From Glycera tridactyla (taxonomy: Eukaryota): a stretch of DNA of 64,000 nucleotides. The notes beneath the pieces were generated by a model. That model ran no database searches. It saw only the letters and a program-made list of their open reading frames with translations, and had not been told where the DNA came from. The stretch spans positions 74,958,001 to 75,022,000 of the forward strand of contig OZ286459.1 in assembly GCA_965644265.1 (NCBI GenBank), written 5' to 3'. Below, piece by piece: positions 13,611 through 26,900 of this stretch (positions within the stretch are counted from its first letter, which is position 1; the number at the start of each line of letters is the position of its first letter). Made by a program: the position numbers and the translations under genes.

Positions 13611-16600
13611 CGAGCAAAGCCAAATTACAAAAAGATTTCTTAATTGCAAAAACATATCAGGTCAAAGTAGAAAATGTTGCCTCTCAACTAAATCCTGGAG
13701 CTTGCTCAAAAAGTTTTCAAATGATATATTGGTCAAAAGTCATGCTTTTTTAAAATGAAATGATCACATGACATGAGAATCACCACAGTTGAATATCATC
13801 CATAATTTCCAGATTCCACACCATGTACAGATGGAATGCATTGCCATACAACAGAGATCAGCACATGAAATATGATGACTGAGTAAAACCCATGGTGAGA
13901 TACCGGTACTAACCAGAAGGACAATGAAAGTGATCTCCTGACTGAATGTGGTGCTAAAGTTTACCTTGCTGGTTCTCAGTGATATGAGTTGTACACCAAA
14001 ATAACCAGTCATTATTCAGTGATCGGATTGGTCATTGAAGAAAAAACACCAAAAGCAAGAATTTTGTTGAGTATCTGATCTAGTCAAAGAGGAAAAAATT
14101 CAAGATGAAAAATTCTGCAAAGTATTCAGACAGGAGGGAATATACATTGCATTTGTCTTGGGCAGTGGAATTAATAATTGGAAGATGGGGATATTCAGTA
14201 GATTGGTACTAAGAATTCAGGTGGCAAATACTTCCAATGAATCAAGGAAGGTATTAGGATTTGGGAGGTAAAAATTACACCTGTGGTCTGAATCTAGGGG
14301 TAGCAGATCTTCAAAAATCTAGAATTGGGGGTAATAGCATAGATATTAGCAGTCATTAATTGGGTTTGCCTACTGGGAAAGTAACACAGTGGAAATAACA
14401 TTGTGATTATCATGGTAATATTGAGATGTTCATAGTAGAGATACAAACAGGAAGTGGAAGTCAGCTCACTGCATATGTCACCTTGTGTCAATACTGTACA
14501 TTGAAATACACTGGTGGCAATCTTAGGAACCAAATTGTGTTATCCTATAATTGAAAATCGGTGGTAGAGGGTCAGAATTGTCTCCAGTCAACCACCCCCC
14601 TATTAATGGGATAGCCCCAAGCACCAAGACCCATTCCATCAACATCTGATAGGTCCAATGGATACTGCATATATGTTATATGCAGGGGCTAAGCAGGAGT
14701 TCTATAGTCTCACAGCTCTGGCAATTTCCTAGGCCCAGTCTCATTAAATCCCATCAGTGTTGATGCCAATGGGATGAAGCTGAATTTTCGGAAATATAGG
14801 AATATTTCCTGAAACTACCCCATCATATCATCAAAAGTATTTATTTTGAATCTCCCAAGCAGATGATAGCAATTTCGGAAACTATCATTTTTCACCAAAT
14901 TTTCGGATTTCCGAAAATTTTCGGGAAATTGGCACCACTGTATGATACATGGAACAAAAAAAGGATTTAATTCGGGACAAGTGGTCCAATATCATGAGTC
15001 CTCCTGTAATGAGATCATTATATTTGAGGAAGAAGACATCCTGTTCAATTGATTGATTTCCGCCACTCATTCCCGCCACTTCACCAGCTAGCCAATGAAT
15101 ACATACAGGTAGGACAGTGGAACATGAGCATGACACTCACGACACTATGCAACCCTGCCATAAAGGATCACCAACAAATATTGTTGACCTGCTGCTGATA
15201 TCAGTGTCAGGGCTTCCTCATCACCCCTTTGTCCTCTTCTGGAAACCCGGTGTGTAGCGACTCACCAGCCATTAGGGTGGTGGGATCAAGAGGCAGAAAT
15301 CAAGCGATAAACAGCAGTCAAACCACTGTGTTTTGACAAATCAAATGTTTCGATTCCTAACTGATCCAACACTCACTGAAGTCTTCTATTCAAAATTCAC
15401 ATCAAAGTACTTTCACCATTACTCACAATAATATGCAACAAAATTAAAAGCAGCAAATTATCAAGGAAAGGTATTTCACACAGCAAGTTGCAAAAAACTC
15501 CTGGATAGCACATGCATACCTTCACTGATGGAAAAACCTGTTCCCTCTGTAGCATACAACATACATGCATGTGTGGCAAATGGCAAGTCAGCATAAATAC
15601 CAACCAACCAAACATTGTTGAAAAAACTCCAATATTTAATTTGGAACTCATAATTCAACTCAGTCCTATCTTAATCCATGAAAATTATGACATTCATCCC
15701 TAAAGTCTTTGGTTATAGGACAGGTCAATTGGGGAGTGACATGACTAGTCAGACCATGGATGACAGCTGTGGTTTTACTGGACCAACAGCAAATCTGATA
15801 TCACTGGATTCAATATAAAGAAAGAAATCAAACTGTTAGCTTCAATTTTAAAAAGAGAAGCTCTGATACACCAATGAATACTGGTTTCATCACAATATTT
15901 TTTTCAGTCTTGTGAAATCAGAGATAAACTAACAAAGAAAATACGACTATGATGATCAAACTGATCGAACCCAATACAATGAAAGAAATCATCAACTCTT
16001 GCTAGAATTCACTCCAACTGACTAGGTATCATCTGGGAGACTGCAGTAGCTGATACCCTCTCAGAAACTTGACCAGGTTACCATTATGACTGAGAAATGA
16101 TTTACAGTTAGCAACGATTGGAATGCCTGGTTTGATATGTTTGCCATGACATGTATGGTGTATGCTGCATTTCAGGGAAGCCACTCATACGCCTATGTAC
16201 TCAGAACGGCAATTCCATCACTCTTACTTGTCTACAAATAATCGCAGACTACTGAATCAACTCTAATGTAGTGATAAATTAGACACTGTTTCTCAGAAAA
16301 AGACTATAAAGAGAAGGGTGAAATGGAGGAATAGGCAAAAGTATTGATGGACCACATGCTGAGAGCAGCAAATACCTCATTTAAATGGCATAGTTTCTCT
16401 CTTGCTATGACTCTTCGCTCATTCCATTCCATCAACATGGTAACAGTAGTTATGATTTTCAATACTTGCTAGCTAATTTAGAGTACAATACCACCTTATG
16501 GTAGACAGAGGGTAGTAAATGGCATAAAATGTGAATGCAATTGTGCAATATTCTCGATCAAGTACCTCACCAAGTGACAGATATCATTCTTTCTGCATCA

Positions 16601-19600
16601 CAGTTAGGTTGGCATTTGATCATGCAGTGATGTTTGTGACCTTCCAGTGAAGTAGCTCACTAGACTTGCAGGAACATACATGTCACAACAAACATACAAT
16701 ACAACCCAACAAACCCGAGGAAATATCACATTTTCATCTTCGGTACCAACATACAATGGTTATGCTTCTGTTTCCAAATACAGAAAGGAGTGACATTACA
16801 GCAACTGATAGTATTTGCTGAGTCTGTCTCCAAATGTAATAACCCCGGAGTGCTGTAAACATAGCTCAGTAAGAACAGCAGCCTGTATGTTGTTATTCAT
16901 ATTGGTGAATTTATCATGGGTGTAACTGATCACATCTGAAATACCTGCCACCAGTACAGATCCAGATTGATACAAGAATCAATGCTTCAATCAGAGGACC
17001 CTAACTTGCGCCTAAACAAAAATGATGTGTTCCACTTAAAGTTTGCTTCTCATGTAAGTGAAGATTCAGTTTATATTCTCATAGTCTATAACTGCCTATA
17101 TTAGTGCAGTGACATGATTGACTCACACGCTGGTACCTAGAAAACTTGCTTGGAGGCATCCTTGACCTAATTGTTCTGAATTATACAGACCCCAAACTGG
17201 CCAACTGAAGGCTAAGACATGCAGAATGGCACACCTGTTAGAACACCTGCATAATCTGTGCTCAAATGCCACTAATTAATGATCTAACTACCAAAAATTC
17301 TCACATACATGTAGTTTGTTGAGATGGAGATTTATCAATTATGATGTAGTTATATTTAGTTTTCACCACATCAATGCTGCTGAAATGTTTGGGGTTAGCT
17401 AGGCGACCACCTGTCAATTAAAGAATCATGGCAAAACATCTACTGCCAATGGACCTTGTGGCTGCAATATGAAAGCTTTGATCAGGATTCAGTCATCAAT
17501 TATATGTCTCAATCAAGCAAATTCTTAGAATGTAGTGATACATTCCATTGACATCATGAAAGAAGACATACAAGAATCTTATACTCACGCTAATTGCAGT
17601 GTATCCTCGTACAAAGACGCGATATGACTTCCCTCGTTGTAGTGGTCGATTTGTGAACTCTCCTGTACCAACTTTCAAGCCATCGCCAAGACGGAATTCT
17701 TTCGGAAGATCGATAAATTTGGCTGCTATCCAAGCCCTCTCAGCTCCGCCCGGTCCTCCAACTTTGGAATCTTCAAGCTGAAGACAAACCCACAAAAATA
17801 AAATCTAGTATCTTCTGGCTCAATCGTTAAGGATGAAAAGAATGAAATTGCCTGGGTACATGTTTGCAGAAAATTGAGAATTTGCAATGGAGATGCAGAG
17901 ATTATGATCACAGTAGAAAATACACGAATGATTAAAGAATATCATGGGAACATATAGGTATAGATAAGATACATGAAACCTGAAATGCAGTATCAAATTT
18001 AATCGCTAGAACATTGATACAAATGACTGTAACAATACAAATAAATGTACTTTGGAAAATCAGTGATCAAATGTACTGAAATGTGTAACTGTGGAATTCT
18101 TACCTCTTTGATCTGGAATGCCGGATCTGAAGGCATCTTGTGCCGGGCGATCTCTTCAGGTACAACAATGATGTAGTAGCTAATGACAGGTCCATGCTTC
18201 TCTGAGGCCTTATACAGACGCAGTGTCAACATGGTGTCAGAGATTGAGTCATGGAACTCTGGTGCCTGAATATTTGGTGGAGCTACATGAAAAATAAGCA
18301 CATATTACATGAGGAATATAGAGTGTGGCTGATTGGCTGATGTTCAGGACATGAGCCTAAACCATGTGACATGTATACACCACCACTTGCGAGGCTTACA
18401 TCACCAAAAACACATGGAGCACAATTTTGTAGCAAAGTGGGAGGCATCATCTCAACACATGACTACTCAAAATTAATTAGAGATGCAACACAGATATACA
18501 GGGCTTAGAAAGCATATATATGCGTAATATATAGAGACAGTTCCTAAACACACAAACTAATTTGCATTTTTCAATCAAATTATCTTGAAAAATAGACAAA
18601 CTACAAATTAATTGAAGGCACACATGGAATGATGAGGCTAAATTCAATCTAGGGGGTTGCATAGATCGGGAAAGGGTGTTTGAACAATATCACATTGGAA
18701 TATCGAGATATACATAATCTCAATTCTTAGCTAATGTAGAAAAAACAAATCACGCAAATTTGGCCAAGCGTAGCATGCCTAATCATGTATTGAACATATA
18801 TTTTGAACAGAAAAGTAATAAGTAACACGGATTTTGATAATTAAAGTATATAAAGTATCAAACTACTAGCTTTTCAATGGAAATAGTAAAGCACAGATTG
18901 AAAACAGGGTTTGACATTTAACCTAGTCTTTTGAGCCAGTCATTTTTTGTTTTCCACCTGATATCATTAATACTAACAACATTAACATGCACCACACTAT
19001 GTTCTCCTAAAACTGTTTAATTTCCAAACTGAAAGACAGCAACTGAGGAAACAGAGAAGGGGAGATGTGGTTCAGTGGAGAAAAAAGGAGGAGGAGGATG
19101 AGGAGGAGGATGCAGATGAACCCTTCGAGCCTGAGAATCTGGAGGATGGCAAATGGAAATCAGTGATGATGATGACGATGATGATGATGATGATATGGAT
19201 GATGACATGCGTTGATGGAAATTAGAAAGGGTGCAGATCTCATGCTCACTGCCATGTGAGCAATTCAGCCTGTTAGTGAAGAGTGCTCAATGTGTGAAGA
19301 AGAGCGAGTGCTGTGGGGGATAAAGCTAATGTGAGCCAATACAAGTGTGACACTGACGAGACTGCGCCGACTCTACAATGATGACGAGAGTGCCAGCTGC
19401 CGTGGGTGTGAAGTGCGCAATTGTCTCAATCACAGCAGGCAGGCAAACAGCCACAAGATAAAAACAAGAGTCTGTGACAGAGGCAAGGTGAGCAATAAAA
19501 AGGCACGTGCCAAGGAGGCAATGGACTAACCGTCTATACTGGTCTCCACACGGAGTGGATAGTCTGGTCCCCATGTGCCATCCATAAATTTGGCACTGAT

Positions 19601-22600
19601 ATTAAAGCTGTAGACAGTCTTGGGGACCAGACCATCAATATATAAAGTGCGCTCCTCCTTTGGAACAAATCGATCTTTCTTCTCATCAATAAAGATACGT
19701 TCTTGGCCACGTTCATCTCGATATTTCTTGTATCCTTCATAGATAATCTACAACAGTATCGATGATTAGCATAACTGAATATACGGAATACATGTCACCA
19801 AATAAATAGCACCCTGCCGTACTTTCTCGGCCTGACTGGACCCAGCACATCAGTCCAAGCCAAGTATATTTTGTACAGAATCTGAAATAGAAGTTGGGTA
19901 CAATTATTCATCTAGATAAAGAGACCTAAGAAGTCCAGCAAGAAGTCCAGCTCATATAACTCAGTCATCACCGTATGCCAGGATATCAATACCTACCATC
20001 ATCATGCTATTTAAAATTCCAACCATTTCTTCAAACACATATAACATACCAATGATGAGGCATCTCTCAGCCCACTCAACAAAAATGTTGCTCTTATCCA
20101 CATTATCCGGTAAGTCGTGTGGACAGTTTGTCTCATGATCTTACATATTGACATACTTACTTAGTACACATATGTAAGATCAAACTTCGCGTTTGGGGAA
20201 GGATGAACCCACCTACCCTGTATTTCTTATCACTTATTACATCTAATCGGTGGTAGATAGTCCTCACATTTGTTCACAATATGATATAAACAGCAGTGTC
20301 AATGCATGGTAAAAGTATAAGCAACTTGTTGTCTACTCATGTATCTTGTATTGAGTATTCAATTACAGTACAATTTGTCCTAAGCAAGACTTGTAGTAAG
20401 CAAGAACTTGCTCTAAGCAACACAAATTTGCTCATCCCACCAGAGCATTTTTAACTATGTTTGACTTGTACTAAGCATGACGTTACTCTGAGCACACATT
20501 CTTTTCACATCCCTTGGCTTCATGCTTTGGACAAGTATCCTTGATATGTATTATTTACTAATTATATGTGTTCGAAATTGTTACATGATGGGACAGATGA
20601 CTCATCACATCTCCCGAAGAGAAAAAGATTCTGAGTCTTTAATGGTGCCTTATGAAGCCTTTATGAACCAATCAGTTTAGTGTCCTTCTGTAACTATTAG
20701 GCATGTATGTCTTACTCACCCTGTAACGTGTCACACCCGGTTTACGTGGGGGCTTCCATTCCAACATCACTGAGCGTGGATTCTGTGTACGTGCATGGAA
20801 TTCTTGAACCATATCTGGCCCACCTAGAAGCAGAATTAGAAACCCGTTTACCAAGAGGGTAGAAACTAATTGAGCAACAAATTCAAGAAAATATAAAATG
20901 TTTTCGTTTAATAAATCATTCAGGATTAGGATACTCAGACAACAAAGAGATCCAGGTAAATGCCATTTTCACAAGTTGGGAAATCTAGAATTGTGCATCA
21001 GTGGTTCATATATAGCAGTATATGGCAAATTCAAAGGTGACAGCGCCTCCTCCAATGAATAGCCCTCTTTGAGAGGAAAAGACACCAATAGCAGGGAAAA
21101 TGAATCCTAATACAAACCTGGTTCAAGACTGTTTGTGGCTACAATTTCTGAGAAGTTGCCATAACGGCCATCAATGGATTTTGCTCGGACACGAACAGCA
21201 TACACGGTATGTGGCTCAAGTCCATTGATGTCCGTCACTGCGTATGGTCCGATCTCAACACTCTGCCACTTGTCCATATTGGGGATGGCAAACATGTTAT
21301 AGTAGACGCGGTATCCAGCGATGCCGGGGAATGTTGGTGGATCCCACATCACTTCAATCGCAGTCGGGGAGATGCGCCTCAGCTTCAAATTGGTTGGTGC
21401 TGGTGGTACTGAAATAAGTAATAACACTGCATCTAGCAAACACTGACCCTACGCTGCTGAGGACTGGTGTATGGAAAAGTTGTGTAGTAGCTCAGGCTGA
21501 TGGTCACTCATTTGGTACAGGGCCTATTGTCCAAAAGCAGGCTATACCAAGCACAAAGCCTGAGCAGGCAAACGAATCGGTTTTAGACTATGAGGTTCAT
21601 GTACATACCAAATAAAGATGGGGCAGAGAAATCTGATATTACTTGGGCAGTGAACTGAGGACTCTTTATATTGCTCGGGTTGCCTGCTGAGTAATCTGAT
21701 ATTGCATGGGTTAAGGGCTCCACAAACTTTCCATACACAAGGATTCTCATTTCAAAATCTGCAACAAGGAAATCATTTCGGAGAAAAAAAAACTGTAAGT
21801 GCATGTTTAGAAGTCCATAAGTATCCTAGAGAAACATCTCATCCAGCTATAAGCAAGAAAGGTCACCATGTGACAAGCGTTAGATAGCTATCAATCAATC
21901 AAGACCCTTCCATTCCTATCACATTTTCTATATATAGCAGCTGTGAAAGAAGAACATGTATGTTGGGATATTGTCGATGAGATATGGACCTATTACAGTT
22001 ATAGCTCAGGAATAATTAGGACAACCATCATATATACTCACATATAAGTCACCAGAATATGAGCCAATAACAAGGGGGTTGACTCATTTGACAATTATGT
22101 TGATAATGATGAAAGTCACAGATTCCAGCTAATCTCAATGGAAAGCACCGAAAATATATGTGAAGGTCAAAAGCTACAAATATATGCACATATATCGGCT
22201 CAACCCACATATTTGATGGTTGTATTTGCCATGAACATGAGGAATTTGCTTCATAGTATAACAAGCTGGCTGGACAATCCTGAGCTCCATCTGACAATGG
22301 GGTAAATCAGCAATGAAATTGATTGTGGTACTTCCGTGGTCTGCAGTAGGTGTGGTACTTCTGTAGTCTGCATTAGGTGATGTGGAGGGGCTAATCAAGC
22401 CATGACAATGGCACTTGAATCACCATCAAAGATGATGGCCTTATCTCTTTAACAAGAAATCTAGGATAATTGGGATGCAATATGCGTTTCCTGTGGAGGA
22501 GATTACCCCATCTTGGACTCCCCACTGTAAGTCGGCTTGCCCCGGTCAGGCATGGATTGGCTGCTCTGAATGCTTGTCCCATGAATTTGAACTGAGATGT

Positions 22601-23914
22601 TTCAGACAAATTTGGGGAGTCAACTGATGTGCTAGATCAACCTATATGCAACGATTTACCCTAGTATTATCAGGTTCCTGATCACAGTGCCAATCTGCAT
22701 ATGTGCTGAAGAGGGAATGAAACTGGTTTTTACAGCTCAATCAAGGAAACCCTAGTTCAAAGGAGCACCTTGTTATCTGGTAATACAACATAGACTCCAT
22801 GATGAATAATACACCTCAATTATTGTGACCAATCAAAGTTATTTTTTCATGAGTCAAGATGATGCCCTAGAATGTCCAACATTCTGCTTTGCATATACAG
22901 TCAAACTTGTCCTAAGCGGGAGGTCACAGGATGGACCAAAACCTGTCGCTTAGGACAAGTTCTCGCTTAGTACATGAAGACTGATGCTCATGACAATGAT
23001 CTTTCACAAACTCTGATCTCTTTTGAAATGGCCCCGTCAGACCTCGAGGAAAACAACAACGGAGAAAGCCAATTCGCATAAATTATGTTAAGTAGGTACT
23101 TCCGGTAACTTCACAACAATCTGAAAATGGTGCCAGGTTTGCAATTAAAGATGCCAGCCTCTTGTTTTCAGTGGGAAATACATGATTATTTGGCTTCAAC
23201 ACGTGTTTTCAGTATCAGGAACCACCGCATCATGGATTGAACCCGTGAATCATTGAAGTGTGGAGAGCGAACGACCTAACAATAGCCGGGGTAAGGCGTG
23301 AATTGGCTTGTCTAGCTACTCACTGAGCACCGAGAACAACTGGCTATTGTTTCTGTGCATGCTACCATGTCGTCTTTGTATACGATAGTGACTCACCTGT
23401 ACTGAAGGGTCACATTCAATACAAGTTGAGTGGCTTGACGGGAAGCCAAATCATCGTTTGCTATTTGCGTAAGGCAGGTTCACGCTTGGTACAGGTGATT
23501 TATAGTGAAAATGTGGTCGGGGGGGAATCTGAAGTGTTCGCTGAGGACAAGATCCCGCTTAGAGGAGGTTCACGTTGAGGCAAGTTTGACTGTATATCTA
23601 TTGGGGTGTTCTCATGGAGATGGGAACAAAATCTTGTTGGTATTTTAGTGGCAAAGATATCGACTAATCTCTCTCTTTGTGTCAGAAGTATTTAAAGAAA
23701 TCCCTGGTCATATACTCAGTGTAATTACATGGATCCATGGAGGGAGAGGCACAATGGTGCCCATAAACATCATCAATTTCAGAGATTCTTATTCACAACT
23801 AGTATTTTGTCACTCTGTGGGAAACCTGAGTAAGTCCATAGCAATCATTACATTCAATACACTCAATCAAATTAGGGGTGAGTGAATCCTCTCGCACATA
23901 CATGCATGCATGCC

Positions 23915-23967
<53 letters not shown>

Positions 23968-26900
23968 TCAGTTTACTCAACGATAGGAAAGGGTACCATA
24001 CAGAAAAGACTACTATGAGATGATGTAGGCAATCGTCAATAACTTAGTTCCTTTCAAATTAGGCCAAAGTGGACAACCTTTCCAAACAGGCAGTGAGTCC
24101 TGAGACAATCTGTATCCAACTTCCTTCAGTCCCACGCCCTCAATTATGGAATCAGGTTTTCTCAATAAAGTGATTGATCCTTACCGTCTCTTGCCAATTT
24201 TCGTGAGATTCATGGTGGAAAAGGATCTTATGTACATGAGACAGTAAAACCTGTCTTGAGAGACCGCCCCAAATGCCAACAAAAAGCGGTCTCTCATGAC
24301 AGGTGGTCTCTCATTGGAGGTATATTTGACTATGTCAAATAGAGAAGAGCCGATAAAGAGCGGTCTCCCATTAGAGGGTGGTCTCCCAAAAGAGGGGTCT
24401 CTCAAGACAGGTTTCACTGTAGTACACAATCTTGATGTGTCATGAAAAGTAATTTTATTGCACATAAGACATGTTGAAAAATATTTCTGAGCACTAGTAA
24501 GTATACAGAACAATGCAGAACCTCTCAGTCACACTGCGACAGTTCACTTGGACATGGATGAGTACTACGCAATCTTCTTATTGGTGTACTCAGAAAGAGG
24601 ATGTGAATGACCAGAGTCTGGACAGACCAGAATGTGTCATAACCTTTTGGACTTCTCACTGTGAGATCATAATGTTTGGATATGAATTGCCAAGTCTTGC
24701 AGATTCCATCATATCCAATTTCTATCTCTGATAAATCTCTTTTCCAAGGTAGCTACCCTTCTTGATACAGTCAAAAATTTGCCAGTTAGAACGCTATTTC
24801 ATCACAGCCTTCTCCGTACTGCCATATACATATACAGTAAAACCTGCTACAGTGAAATCCTGTCTACAATGAAATCCTGTCTACAGTGAAAAGAAAAATC
24901 TGGCCAGAACGTATTTTTTTCACTATAATTGACCTGTTTATAGTGAAATCCTATCTACAGTGAAAAGAAGAATCTGGCCCGTGACTTTTCACTATAGACA
25001 GGTTTTACTGTATAAATGGACTTTTTCATTGCAAAATATCAATCTTGGTTAGAGAGTTGACAAAGGGTAATGTACATGTATAGGAAAGTTAAATGACTGG
25101 TCTGTTGATCATCCTGCATGGGGAAGTGAAGAAATCCAACTTAGAATTGTTGAGAAACTATTGCACTATGAATGTTCAAATTGAGAAAATTCATCATTCA
25201 TGATTGGAGATAGTATTTCAAAACAGCAACAAAATTTTATTTTGAGTAAACGTATGCACTCTGACTGTAAATGATGATGGATTTGTGTTATTTAGTTAGT
25301 AAAAAGTTCTTCTAACTTTATAAAGTTCATTTTGGATGGATACAATGGCATCAAAATTATCAATGACGATGAATCATCCTTATGTATGTTGAAAAATATG
25401 TTCAGTTGTGGGGTTGCAGATGGCAGAACACTCTTCAATGCATACTTCTGCAAACTGTTTTCGTCATATTCATGGCAAAAACGTTATCTACTCATAGTGA
25501 TCATCGAGCACTCTGTGCATTTGGTACTACAGTCAAACTTCTGATAATATGAACCACCTCTAAGCGGGATCCTGGGGGAATACTTTCAATTCCCCCAACC
25601 AAATTTCACTATAAATCACCTGCCTCACGTAAATAGCAAATAAGAATTTTGTTTCCCACTGAGCCCCTTGACCTGTCCTAAACATGACCTGTCAGCAGAC
25701 TGATCAGTACCGGTGAGTTGGCAGGCAGTTGATCCAGCTCCCCATATTTTTCACACCTCTATTGTTCTGAGTGAGTTCAATAAAGAATCGTTGCCTGCGC
25801 AGGTTTTAATGCTACTACAGTCAAACCTGTCCTGAGCAGCCACCCTCAGGGAAGGCAAAAAGTGGCTGCTTAGGGCAGGTGGCTGCTTAGTACAGTGGCT
25901 GCCTAGGACAGGTTAGACTGTATATCACCAGTTCATTGGTTTGTTTGACCCTATAGCCCTTAAAGCGGAACAAAACGGAATTCAATGGCATGTATCAACC
26001 CTAAGGTTATGTATGTTGAGTGTTCCTGATTGATGAAAGATGTTCTCTCCCTTGCAGACATCACTCTCACAAACCCTGAACACAATATGATGGGAATCTG
26101 AAAAGTGGTCGAGTGGAAGTAGCTGACAGTTCAGACACACCAGCTTGTGAGCAGTCTTTATTGAGGCAAGAGTCAAACCAGATTTCAGATTGTATACATG
26201 TTTTTCACACCTCATGTTCACACCTCACCGGGGCTACTGTTCAGCCTCTCGCGCCTGCATATGTCAATGATTCACAGTGTTCACTTACCGATGAGGCGAT
26301 TTCCAGTAAAGCTGATTTTGTCCTAATCTGGTTCATTCTGCAGCCTCCCACTTAAGTCATGTTTGACTGTATTTATTTACCCTCACCATTATTTTCAGTG
26401 TTCTGAGAGTGATCATGTTCTGTGAAAATTGCACTTCACTCAGTGAGTACCAGCTGAATTAAGATTCACATACAAGTTGACCCCCTCGTTTCTGGCTCAT
26501 AGTATGGTGCAATCATCATAAACATGGGTATATATATATGCAAGTATATATGGTGACTATATGATCCTCTTGACATGACAGAGACCAGGCATAGCTTTCT
26601 ATCTCATCTCCACTTCTCCTGCTTCTGGTCTTTCATAGACACATGGGAAAAATAAGATCCCAAATAGCAAACACAATCAGGGACCAACAAAAATGCTTCG
26701 AGCCACAGTGTATTCAAGTGATCACTGTGCAAATAAGTAACCGACAATTGCTAAAATAAATGATGAAGAGAACTGACTTGACAACCAATGGGCATCATTT
26801 TTGTGATTCATGAAGTCTTAGAACCGAGAATTGAGTTGGTATGAACCTATGAGAACAGTGGGTTACCATACCATCTATATTCTGAGATAGATCAATACAG

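Noticed and set aside
22322-22390. 27-bp direct repeat reading as a Ser/Thr-rich [18 protein letters not shown] exon
   Set aside because: The available acceptor is phase 2, incompatible with the phase-1 host intron, and there is no suitable donor
23232-23300. Functional tRNA gene
   Set aside because: Only the B-box is good; acceptor and D stems do not form, and it sits inside a transposon, so called SINE-like
26289-26340. Strong minus-strand donor CG|gtaagt as an exon end
   Set aside because: Upstream AGs give 23, 39 (in-frame stop) or 49 nt; it lies inside a TIR element
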